From: the human T2T-CHM13v2.0 reference genome, Homo sapiens | Length of the DNA: 64,000 bases | Direction: 5' to 3' (one strand) | Assembly (NCBI RefSeq): GCF_009914755.1 | Contig: NC_060933.1 | Part shown: piece by piece, positions 50,380 to 64,000 of the stretch | How the letters are laid out: every line of letters begins with the position of its first letter | How positions within the stretch are numbered: the first letter of the stretch is position 1 | Notes under the pieces: model-generated | Told to the model about the DNA's origin: nothing | Database searches by the model: none | Seen by the model: the letters and a program-made list of their open reading frames with translations, nothing else | Program-made: the position numbers and the translations under genes

Positions 50380-52260
50380 TCCCCAGTCTGGAGGCAACAG
50401 AGGAAGGGACCTTAGCAATGGTATTGCCAAGGGTCTTTCACTTGTCTCCTGGAGCTCCATCCCAGAGAGATGCAGAGCTGCAATCAATCAGTGTGATTTG
50501 CCCAGGATGGGGGTGCTGCACTGTGGGCCAAAGGCAGGAGGGGGAATGAGGGAGAGGCCTGCCTGGTGATGAGCATGGGGAGTGGGTGGGAACTGTGGAA
50601 GACAAAGTGGCCTCCTCTCCTTAGGGCAACTGTGGCTTGCTGGAAGTATGGATAAGGCACCTAGAGACTTTACTCCTTCCCAGTCCAAGGGCAGCAGGGG
50701 CAGTGGTAGAGGGACTTTTGGTTGCCCCTGGGAGCTCCACCTCTGATAAACGTGGAGCCACTGCTACTGGGGGTGTTCAACCAGAGGATGGGGTAGCTGC
50801 ACTGCTGGCCTGAGCTGGGTGCTCTACTTGTTGGGAAGCTGGGAGTCGAGGGCTTACAGAGAGGAGAGGCTGGTCTCCTCACTGTATGGTGATAGTGGCA
50901 TGCTGTAAGCTTGAGTATAGCCCTTGGGCTGTTTGTTTCTTCCCCAGACTGAGGGCAGCAGGGGCAGAACTGCTGCTGTGGCAGTGGCAGAGGGGATGTT
51001 GGTTGCCTCTGGGAGCCTCTCCCCAGGAACACTCAGTGCCACTACCAGTGTGTATGCTCAGCCATGGGTGGGGCAGCTATTCTGGGGTGAAGTAAGAAGA
51101 TGCCCAGTGAAAAGTGGGAGCTGGGGATACCCAGGGAAGAGGAATTGGATTCCCTCTCCATATGGTGGCTGTGGTGTGCCAGATGTGCCAGTGTAGCAAC
51201 TAGACCCTTTGTTCTTTGCCCAGTCCCAGGGCAGTTAGGGCGGTACCACCGTGGCTGCACTGGCAAAGGGGTTGCGGGTTGACTTTGGTATTTCCTCCTT
51301 AGAGGAATGCAGAGCTGCTTCTGATTGAAATGTTCAGGCCAGGGCAGGGTGGTTTTGCTGAGGCAGGTAGAGACGGCAGTCAGGTGGCCCGCCCAGCGAG
51401 AAAAAGAGAGGACAGGGACCTGCATGGGGAATAGTCTAGCCGCTTTTCTGTGAGGTGGCTGCACTGTGATGGGGATCCACTCCAGCTCCTATTTCCTGCA
51501 GTCTCCAGAGCCTGGAGGCAGCAAAGGCGAGGGTTGCAAGACAGCAAAGATGGCAGCCCACCCCTCCCTCTGGGAACCTCTGTTCCAGGAAGTTACAGAA
51601 GTGCTACCAGCCCAATAGCCCCAGCGGAGGCTGGCTGGAGTCCCAGATCAGGAGGTCCTGCCCAGTAAAGAGAAATGCGATCAGGCACCTGCATAAAAAA
51701 CAGTCTGACCAGTTTTCCATAGGGTGGCTGACTGTGCTGTGAGTCTGCACCAGTCCCTAGTCACCTTGGACTCTCCAGAGAAATGAAGACAGCAACAGCC
51801 AAGGCTGCAAAACAACACAGATGGCACACTTCCCCTTCTTCTGGGAGCTCCACTTCAGGGAGGTGGGGAGCTGCTGCCAGCCCAAGAAGACTGGTGGGGG
51901 CCAGCTGGATTCCCAGGCTGGCAGGTCCTTCTCAATGAGGAGAAATGGGATTGGAGAACTACATAAAAAATCGTCCAGCCGCTTTTCTGTATGGTGGCCG
52001 CACTCTGCTGTGAGTCTTTGCCAATCCCTAGTTACCTTGTACTTTCCAGAGCTACCGGCATACGAAACAGGATGGCTGTACTGTGCAGAGGGTCCACTTT
52101 AGTGCCTCCTCACCTCGTGCTCTCCAGTGCCCAAAGGCAATGAAAGAGCAAAGATGGTGGCCCGTGCCTCCCTCTGGGAGCTCTGTGTCAGGGAGGTGTG
52201 GAGCTGCTGCCAGCCTGAGAACACTGGCGGTGAGCAGCTGGAGTCCCAGGCCAGTGGATC
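50380..52260 (-). repeat. Diverged ~280-bp tandem monomer array in the L1 5'UTR (~7 units)
   Basis: Core CTGGGAGCTCC-like motif recurs at 50449, 50728, 51009, 51285, 51570, 51841 and 52174, each preceded by CCAG...GGCAGCA-like blocks. Confidence 0.75.
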
Positions 52261-53499
52261 TTAGCCCATGAGGTGCTGTGGAAGTGAGGCCTGCAGACCA
52301 TGGCTGCTCAGCCCCCTGGATTCGGCCCCTTTCCTGGGGGTGTGTGAGGGAACCTAACCTCCCCTTTTTCCAGAGCTGCAGCTGCTATTGCCAGGATGCC
52401 TAGGGGTTCAAGGCTCCCAGGACTCTGTGTGTGCCGGTGGCTATGCTCAGATTCCATGTAGCTCTGCCCAGATTCCACATAGCTCTGCATGTCAGCCTGA
52501 AGGCATGTTGGAGTGGGTTCACAAGGGGATCTCCTGACCCCAGGGTTGCAAAGATCTGTGGAAGAAGTGTGGGTCCTTTGGGTCTCTCACTCACTCACTC
52601 AGCATTTCCCTGCAGAGCGTGGACCTCCCCTGGCTCCATGTCACTCCCAGATTGGTAGTCATCCTGTCTTACTTTTCTCCATTCTACATGGGTCGAGTTG
52701 TTTACTTGATGAATCCCAATGTGTGCACCTGGATGTTTCAGCTGAAGGTGTTGTATTTACTTGTTCCTTTTTCTTTTCTCTGTGGGAGCAGCACACACTA
52801 GCTGCTTCTGGTCAGCCATCCTCAATCTTCAATGGCCATTTTTGTCAGTGCACAGTGACATGTCATTGTGGGTTGAATTTGCTTTTCCCTGATGAGCATT
52901 GAAATTGAGCAACTTCTTAAATACATGTTAGTCATTTGATTATCTTCTTTGTGAAGTTCCTGTTCAAGTACTGGCCCATTTTAAAAAATTCCATTGCTCT
53001 TTTTTTTTCTTATTGATTTTTAGAAGTTCTTTATATATTCTGGGATTGGGCCTTTTTTCCAAATATATGTATTACAAATATTTTCTCCTAGCCTGTGACT
53101 TGTGTTTTTACTTTTTAATTTAATTTATAATTCTCCACTCAGCCTACCTTTCAAGTGAGTATGAGAGCAAAAATAAAGATATTTTTAGATGTACATGTCT
53201 CAGGGCCTCCTAAGATCCCATCTTAGGAAATCCCATCTGGGATGACCTCGAAGAAAACTGGAACAGGGAAATACAGATTCAGGGAGGGATATCACTGGGT
53301 TAAAAGCAGGACTCCATGCACTGGACAATACGATTGAAAGTCAAGATAAGCTTGAGAAGAAGGTGAGGGTGCATCATTCTTCTATCAACAAGAAAAAAGA
53401 AAGCAAGTACAGACTTCAGGAAAAACAAAAGGTTATGCAAGAATTTACGGTTTGGATATTACAAAATAAAGTAAAATATGTCACAATTTTTTCATGTGG

Positions 53500-54009
53500 T
53501 GTCAAAGATAAACACAGCTGGACATTTGTTAAAGTAGTGAAAACAGATTTTATTCAGTAACTACTAACAGGAGGGGAGCTGAGCTCCATTTTGACCTGTG
53601 CAGTGATGACTAGGCATTTAAAAGGGAGACAGAGAGGAGCTCTAACAGAGTCAAGGAAGTGAAAAATTACACAAAGCAGGAAGAGCATGGTGGTCATTAG
53701 TCCAAGTGAAACCACATGGATTTGCTAACCGGAACTTTGGAAAGTTAGGCTCCTACCATCCTACAGAGACTAGGAGACAGGTCTTTCTTCAGGTGTTCGC
53801 TGAAATAAGCAGCAAGTATTTTGGCAACTTTGAGTTTTCTCAGGCAGGTGCTTTTAAGGGAGGATAGGGTCATCCTGGGGATGTGGCCTTGAGCTGTTAG
53901 AAACTGTGAGTTTTTTTGCTTAAATCGTTATAGGCCAAGGTTGAGGCCCAGCTAAGAAATGGCTCAGAAGAGCATGGCTAGGGTTTGGCCACAGAGAGAA
54001 TCTTTGTCA
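53500..54009 (-). mobile_element. ERV1 solo LTR (MER31/MER67 family)
   Basis: Inverted termini TGTCAAAGA...TCTTTGTCA; minus strand starts TGACAAAGATTCTCTC...GCCAAACCCTAGCC; near-TSD GTGG/GTGC. Confidence 0.8.
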
Positions 54010-54352
54010 GTGCCATGATATGATTTCAAACATTTAATTCATTAGGTACAAGAACAGAGAATTTATTTTACCCTGGTGCTTGGAGTATAAATATTCTCCA
54101 TTAATTGGTTCAGGGGTCATGCCATGAGACCTTTAAAAGAAGGAGGTATAATTACAGTACATTTCTTGGCTCTGCAGTTAGCAGCATTTACATAGTTATG
54201 ATAATGTAAATCTGTTTACGGATTTTTGACTTTCAAATGAAACTAAACAAAGAATGGAAGACCTATTTATATTTGAGAAAACAGAATATGAAAGTTAAAA
54301 ATTCTGATACTGTACAAAATACAAGTACAGCTGTAAAAGTTAGAAGAGTAGG

Positions 54353-54398
54353 GTATCTTACATCAACAAAAAGGAGTATCTTACATCAACAGAAAGGA
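54353..54398 (+). repeat. 23-bp tandem duplication
   Basis: GTATCTTACATCAACAAAAAGGA followed by GTATCTTACATCAACAGAAAGGA (1 mismatch). Confidence 0.95.
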
Positions 54399-54440
54399 TT
54401 TAGTTGAGACACTGACTTAGGTTAGAAAAAGAATAAAGAG

Positions 54441-54729
54441 GGCTGGGCGTGGTGGCTCATGCCTTTAATCCCAGCACTTTGGGAGGCCGAGGTGGGTGGA
54501 TCTTGAGGTCAGGAGTTCAAGACCAGCCTGCCCAAGATGGTGAAACCCCATCTCTACTAAAGATACAAAAATTAGCTGGGTATGGTGGCAGGCGCCTGTA
54601 ATCCCAGCTACTGTAATCAAGCGAGGCAGGAGAATCGCTTGAACCTGGGTGGCAGAGGTTGTAGTGAGCCAAGATTGCACCACTGCACTCTAGCCTGGGC
54701 AATAGAGTGAGACTCCATCTCAAAAAAAA
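54441..54729 (+). mobile_element. Full-length AluSg-like
   Basis: GGATCTTGAGGTCAGGAGTTC and CCAAGATGG diagnostics; 15-bp TSD AAAAAGAATAAAGAG at 54426-54440 and 54730-54744. Confidence 0.96.
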
Positions 54730-54751
54730 AAAAAGAATAAAGAGAACACAG

Positions 54752-54881
54752 CATTAGAATATGAGCTCCATGAGGGCAGGGATTTTGTGTGTGTGTGAGG
54801 GATTTATTTGCTGCTATATCTCTGGTACCTAGAATAATGCTTAGGATACAATTTTCCTTTAATGCAAATGTATTGAGTGAA
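54752..54881 (+). mobile_element. L2a 3' end
   Basis: TAGAATATGAGCTCCATGAGGGCAGGGATTTTG...CCTAGAA...AAATGTATTGAGTGAA. Confidence 0.75.
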
Positions 54882-55980
54882 ACACATATTAGAAGTTTCA
54901 AAGGGAACTGTTAGTGGAACAAAATATATGCTGCCTCATACTTATATATCTTTGTCTACTCCTTCACAAGGCCAGGTGTGGAGTTCCTGGGCTTGCTTAA
55001 TAACCCTGGAAAGAATTTTTCACATGCCTCTCAGTTCCAATCTCTGCAGTCCACTGGCCCTTCTTGTCTTAGGTCCTCACACACAGCTCTGCTCAGTTCA
55101 ATCACCCAGAATGCAGGCTGGTTGGTGAGGCAAATTTGGACAGAAGAAGTCAGTGTCCTACTCCAGCTTTGTGGCAGAACCCAGGAATTGGGGATGTGCC
55201 CAGTGACCTGCATCTGCACCAAGAATAGGGCCCACCCCATATTCAGGATGAAACATAAATTTTGGAGGCACTAAGGCTGAAAAGGCCTACATGATCAAAT
55301 GAAACAAAAATGAATTGGCACCATCTGAGAATGTTTCTTTGAATTTCTCAATTTTCTGTCAAGAAATAAGGGACTGTCTAGCAAATCTCAATCTGACCAT
55401 GCTCACCTTTTTTATTTTAACTTGAGGAAAAGGAGCTTGTTGCATTAATCAGTTTGAGACTTTAGGGACTAGAATTACATGGGCAAAACCCTGGAAAGTG
55501 TAAGGCAAGAAACAGAATGGTTCAGCAGGAAATCTCTCATTGAGAATTCCCCTCATTTTATTAAAAAAGAAAAAAAAAAGAAAGAAAGAAAAGAAGGGCC
55601 AGAGAGCTTTGAAGACTTGTTGAGATCCAGATACAAATGAGGTTTGAATGAATAGATCAGAGTCCACTTAAATCCTAGCCAAGTGATCTTTTTACATGGT
55701 AATGCAATTTCTCACATTCTTGCCAATGATCAGCTAGAGTTGACCAGAGGTAAGTGATTTCTGTTGGCCCACGTACAAAATCGTGATTTTTGTCATCTCC
55801 ATCTAGAAACCCTTGAAAGATTACTTAAATTTTTAAATAAAGAAGGAAGTTATGAACGTCAGTGAGAATATATAAGGATTGTTATGAAAATAAGAGAAAA
55901 AGTTCTGCTGATAGAAAGCATAATCTCAAGAAAAACAAGAGGAGCAGGAGAAATTCTGGCATTGAAATATATCTGGTGTG

Positions 55981-59198
<3,218 letters not shown>

Positions 59199-61677
59199 GA
59201 AACTTATCTGGTGTGGATTTCATGAATGCATCTATACTTTTTAAAAAATAGTTTTAAGTTGGGAAGTCACATGCTAATATCTTTAAAATATCTGATTGAA
59301 TCTTGTAAAACCATTTCATCAGGTTGTTTTAAAAATTATCCATTTTAGCAACTTCATTACATTTGTTTATCAAACCTCTTTGAATGGAAAAAAGAAATCC
59401 CATAAAAGAAACAAAAAAAGAAGAAAAGGTTGTATCGGGTATGCTGGTATATACCATAGAGTTCTGGAACTATCTGCAAGAAAGGTAACGCAGGTTTCTT
59501 CTAAAGAGAGCAGAATCACTATGAAGAGATATAGAGAGACTTTCATTTCAGTTATTTGCCCCTTTTGAATTTTGTACCACATACATGAATTACTAATCCA
59601 AAAATTTTAAACATAACATTTATTTTTAAAATAAAAAAATAAAGCTAGTTAAGTTGTTAAAAAGTTACATTTGAGGGACACAGTAAGCTGTCTTGCTGCT
59701 TCTGGGGCTATTATGTCCTGAAATATCTTGGAAAAAAAAATTCTAGAGTCATTTTGTAGGGCTGGTTTAGAAGGAGAGCCACGGCCCCTGCTAGTACTGA
59801 GCTGCTGTATTTTTTTTTAATTTACTATACCTGTAACAATGTGGGATGCAGGACCCACAGAAGAGAAGACTGCACCCTAATCACTGGCAAAGCATGCCTT
59901 GAGAAGCTTTGTTCTGGGCCATGTTTTTCCAATAAAAACCGGCTTCATGCTTCGCTATCTTTTTTCCCCCCGCTCAGTCCATACGAATGTCAAAATTGCA
60001 TTCACATTTCCAACTATAAAGTTAACATGACCAGCAAAAGGGGAAACTGTCTGCTTCCCAAGACTTGCCTTTACTACGGATTTTTCAAGCATGAAGCTTT
60101 TAATAAGCCCTCTGCATGCAGTATTTCATTTCCTTTAGACGAGACGCTACCTCACGGCCTGCACACACCCTCCCCTTTGCTCACAGCAGCTGCCATGCCA
60201 TGTGGAACCTGCCCAGGGTGGTGTCCAACTCTCCACAGAACCCCACATGTTTGAAGAAAAAGATACAGTAATTAAATTTCTTTAAAGTGGCATGTGTAGC
60301 TGCTTCTCTCTAAAACAACATAGTTACATGTTTATGCAATTTTAGAGCCTAGCTGGGTACCTGAGCAAAGGCCACCAACATGACAGGGACTACAAATATT
60401 GGAGGACGCTGCTGGAGAGGATTTGGGACTTGGCACTCCTGGGATATCAAATGTTTTCTTTTCTCTTTCCTGCTTTCTTTATTTTGGACTCCCCAAACAA
60501 CAAATACTATTTTTTTTTCTTCTTGGATCAAATGTGGAATTTAGAGATGAACCTCCAACCCCTTTGGACACCAGTTTTTTATTAAGCATCAGGTGGAGTA
60601 GGGTGAGCGTTTCCAGAGACAACTGGCCAAGAAAGGTGGTAAATCAGCATTTTTACAATCTACCACGAGCATTTGAAAAGGCAAGAACTTAAATGATACT
60701 GCTAGAAATTACAGACCTTGCTGTAATTGCACACTGGGGACATCCATATGAGAAGGAGCTTTTAATTTATTCCTCTAGTCACATCTTTCCTCTGTTTGGA
60801 TCGGCAGGGACTGGGCAGGGACTGGCTGCGTTACATCCAGGACCCTTCACTGTCATATGCATCATCCGTGTAACATGGGCAAAGGATATCATTTATCCCC
60901 TGCCAGTACTGCTTCCCTCTCTTTCGGAGGGCAACTGGAGGACGGGAGAAGAATTGGAAGGTCATGGAGCAGGTTGAGAGTGGAAGAAAGTGTAGGGATA
61001 GCAGTCCTAGTACCCCTTTATGTGTTTTGGGCCCTTGCCAAAATATCAGCATTGGCTTCCACTTAGGTGAGGTCTAATTTTGGTTCTTTAACATTAGCAG
61101 CAAGGCAGAAAGTTCAGGACACGAAGAGACACCAGAGACTCTCCAAAGGGTTTTCTACTTCCCTTTCATTGTTTAGCTGTCTGCTAATAAGATTCTTTCC
61201 TTTGTTACTGTTATTTTCCTTTTATTTTCATTATCTAACAATATATGAAGAAAAAGAGGATTTGGCAACAACCTCATGTCTGCCTCAAAGTTAGAATGAC
61301 TGACGACGGGGCCTTTTATCCCTTTTTGGTTACTTCCCTTTTGGGGCGGGGGCTGGGAAGCATAGAGAGGCAGAAATGATTGACTGCTGAGGAAAACATT
61401 CGACTGCTTTTAATGTGGTTCCTCTGGGCCTGTCCTCTTTTCTTCAGCAGCATCATTAAACAATGACAGAGACCAGGTTTGGATAGAGAAACTTCTCCCA
61501 GGAAATTTGCAAACATCATGTGTTCTGTTTATTGCCACAGTGTGAAATTCATCTTTCTGAGAAAGGTACATGCAGATCTCAGTGTACATTTACTTCAATA
61601 AAAGAGGTAACAGTTACAATTTACTAATCCCATTTGTTTCCCAAAAGAGGAAAACTATCACTAATTTTACAGCAAGT

Positions 61678-62210
61678 ACCCCATATTTCATGGAATATAA
61701 TGTCATTGACTATAAGAAACATTAAGATTACCAAAAAAGTAAGAAAACTGCCAGTTAAATTTATATAATATCTTTCTCTCACTTAAAGTTTTTATTTTCT
61801 ACTTATTGAAAGAACTATCTTAGACTTGTCTAGGCACAAATTTTTATGATATAGCACTCTTATGCATTTCTTAAAAAGAAAAACATAAGTAAATTAAATT
61901 GGTTAAATTATTCCTAAAACTTCTTTACATTCAGATACTAACTCTCTGGAAAACTTTGACCCAAGGCAGTATATATCATGATTTTATTTTTCACATAAAA
62001 CTGTCATCTACAGCATCATGAGTATTGGTGATGTTGCATTTTTTAAGAAAATGCTCCAACCAACCTTTCCAGGAATTCCATCCAAACCACTGACACCCAT
62101 CTTTCTACTCTGGATGCATGCACACACCATGGCACCCACATCCCGACTGCTATCTGACCAGCAGGGATTGAGAGATGCCTCCCCATTTCAGAGATGTAAT
62201 GTATGGAACA
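61678..62210. mobile_element. TcMar-Tc2 (Kanga/MER104-like) DNA element remnant
   Basis: Start CCATATTTCATGGAATATAA...CATTGACTATAAGA and end CCCATTTCAGAGATGT resemble recalled Kanga termini. Confidence 0.45.
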
Positions 62211-62391
62211 GGGGAATCCGTGTCATAGCTGTAACACCTTGCCCTATCAATTGGGATTTAATAATGGTTTCCCATATTACTATGATAGTCTGCGATGGAC
62301 AGGTACTGATCTTGTATATTATATGCCATCATACCTAAGTCCAATTGTAAAATTCATTTATTCATCCATCTATGTGCCCAGTCATATAACA

Positions 62392-62699
62392 CAGGGGTCC
62401 CCTGTTAGAGGTCTATGGCCTGTTAGGAACAAGGCCACACAGCAGCAAGTGAGTGGCAGGCAAGTGAGCATTACCGCCAGAGCTCTGCCTCCGGTCAGAT
62501 TAATGGCAGCATTAGATTCTCATAGGAGCACAAACCCTATTGTGAACTGTGCGTATGAGGGATCTAGGTTGCCTGCTCCTTATGAGAATGTAATGAGGTG
62601 GAAAAGTTTTATCCTGAAACCATCCATCCCTCTCCGATCCATGGAAAAATTGTCTTCCATGAAACTGATCCCTGGTGCCAGAACATTTGGAGACCACTG
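62392..62699 (+). mobile_element. MER1B hAT-Charlie MITE inserted into an antisense L2 3' end (~62352-62800)
   Basis: CAGGGGTCCCC...GGCAGCATTAGATTCTCATAGGAGC...GGAAAAATTGTCTTCCATGAAAC...GACCACTG; perfect 8-bp TSD ATATAACA at 62384-62391 and 62700-62707. Confidence 0.95.
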
Positions 62700-63849
62700 A
62701 TATAACACATTTATTGAAGGTCCAATATTCCTGAGGTAAAATGGTAGGTACTAAGAGTACAAAGATAGCTAATATAGGGTCCTGGCCTTGTGAAATTGCA
62801 ACAAAATTGAAAAATAGACTTAAATCCAGTAGTGATTAATACATTATGGTGTCATCAGTGAAACAATGGAGATATGTAAAAGGTACTTATTACAAAAAAA
62901 AGAAAAGCAATCGTTAGAATATGGTGGGATCAATGAAAGAAACATGTAATAAGTACCTATTACAAAGAAAGTATCTTTGCTTGGGTGGGCTGAACAGAGG
63001 AGACCTAGACCTGCTGTTGAGGGCAAGGAGATTCCTGGTAGAGGAAAGAGCTTGCCTTCTTTAAAAGCAAGCCATACATATGTCTGAGCTATATTGTACT
63101 CAGGTAGAAAGCACTGCCTAGGTAGAACCACCACTGTCCATCCCTGACTGGTGCTATTGCGCTCTTTACAATGCAGTCAGGTCTTTCACTTTTGTAGACC
63201 TCTCAAGATTGGTGAACCACAGCCTTAAACAGGTGGCATGCTCTAACTTCAACAGCAAACCAGGGGAAATCAGAGAGAAAACTGGAAACATGTGGGCCAC
63301 AGCCAACAGGGCTAACCCAGGTATGCAGTGGCCCCAGAAGAAGCTAAGCCACAGTGCACATGGCATTAAACCAGGGGCATGTGATCTTGTGGCTGACACT
63401 CAAGGGGTGATGATAGCATTTCCTGGCAGACACGCTGTTATGGCTAGCCACCCAGCAGCATTGTCTTTGTAGTGAAATCCCGTCAACAACTGCAAGGGGA
63501 AAACAGGTCTTTTCCTAGAGCTGTAGGAAGAGTCACACCTTAGTCGTAGGGGTTCCACAGATGTTCCAACCTAGGGAAATTGGAACAGTTACAGGAATCA
63601 GGGTAGAATCTAGTCCTGGGAAAACCCAGGAGGACTTAGAAATATTGTTCAATGTGCCCCTCTAAAATCAGTAGCTTCTCCTAGGCACATAGGCTTCATG
63701 TTGCAAGACTAGTGCATGATCCTGTCATGTTTGTCACCTCTTCCTTTGGGAGACAGGAGACCTCTAAGAGACTCCCAGAACTGTTCAGGATTGGCCCAGA
63801 GAATTTCTCAAACTAAACTCACAGGGAGCATCCTTTTGGTCCTCATAGC

Positions 63850-63985
63850 TAATGGAAAGTGATACTCATAGTTTTAAGAGGGAACGGAAATTCCTGGATG
63901 ATAAATAACTACCTAAGTTTATCCAGCTAGTTAGTAGTGGGGTTTGAACCCAAGCTTTCGGATTCCAAATTCCTTAAGAGGCACG
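63850..63985 (-). mobile_element. MIR fragment
   Basis: AAATAACTACCTAAG...CAGCTAGTTAG...GGGGTTTGAACCCAAG...GATTCCAAA. Confidence 0.55.
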
Positions 63986-64000
63986 CTGATATCTGATAAG

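Larger units (their letters stand above)
45733..52821 (-). mobile_element. Old primate L1 (L1PA15/16 / L1P4-type), originally full length: 5'UTR ~52821-49960, ORF1 ~49960-49000, ORF2 48921-46711, 3'UTR remnant 45733-45913
   Basis: ORF 48565-48921 is the ORF2 endonuclease start (LTLNINELNAPIKR); 47809-48183 has YQNLWDT; 46770-46973 has QGCLLSPLL...FADD; 49560-49766 is ORF1 coiled coil; 5' end GGATGGCTGACCAGAAGCAGC; 8-bp TSD TCAATCTT at 45725-45732 and 52822-52829. Confidence 0.92.

Noticed and set aside
50380-52260. Periodic repeat as a CRISPR-like array or satellite
   Set aside because: The units are long, diverged along their whole length and embedded in an L1 5'UTR; there is no identical-repeat/unique-spacer structure and the DNA is eukaryotic.
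50255-52902. Dense cluster of 60-140 aa ORFs on both strands
   Set aside because: Expected from the GC-rich L1 5'UTR (few stop codons); no recognisable domains.
59942-60097. 11-bp inverted repeat GCTTCATGCTT / AAGCATGAAGC
   Set aside because: With a ~134-nt spacer, a few such matches are expected by chance in this window, and the pairing does not extend.
62018-62700. 106-aa and 165-aa ORFs
   Set aside because: They run across a TcMar remnant, an L2 tail and MER1B, with no coherent protein motif.
63060-63720. Moderately GC-rich block with 77-96 aa ORFs
   Set aside because: Possibly old LTR-internal sequence, but I could not support a family or a coding assignment.

Overview
This is primate (human-like) non-coding genomic DNA, AT-rich and CpG-depleted. 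I find no supportable protein-coding gene, rRNA, tRNA or CRISPR array. A large part of the window is recognisable transposable-element debris: Alu/FRAM, MIR, L1 of several ages, HAL1-like, L2, MaLR/ERVL/ERV1 solo LTRs, and hAT and TcMar DNA elements. Every ORF with a recognisable protein motif belongs to a decayed L1 (ORF1/ORF2) or a hAT transposase remnant. The most structured region is 43.9-53.5 kb, a four-level nest (HAL1-like < L1ME < old L1PA15/16-type element < THE1A). The old L1 carries a ~2.9 kb 5'UTR built from about seven diverged ~280-bp monomers, and a composite L1/THE1 deletion junction with a templated filler. TE-poor islands at ~23.4-27.6 kb and ~59.7-61.6 kb look like candidate regulatory or non-coding-exon sequence, and the first contains a ~100-nt three-helix hairpin just downstream of a splice-acceptor-like site. 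Subfamily names come from recalled consensus sequences and need RepeatMasker/Dfam confirmation. I found no convincing novel biological system.
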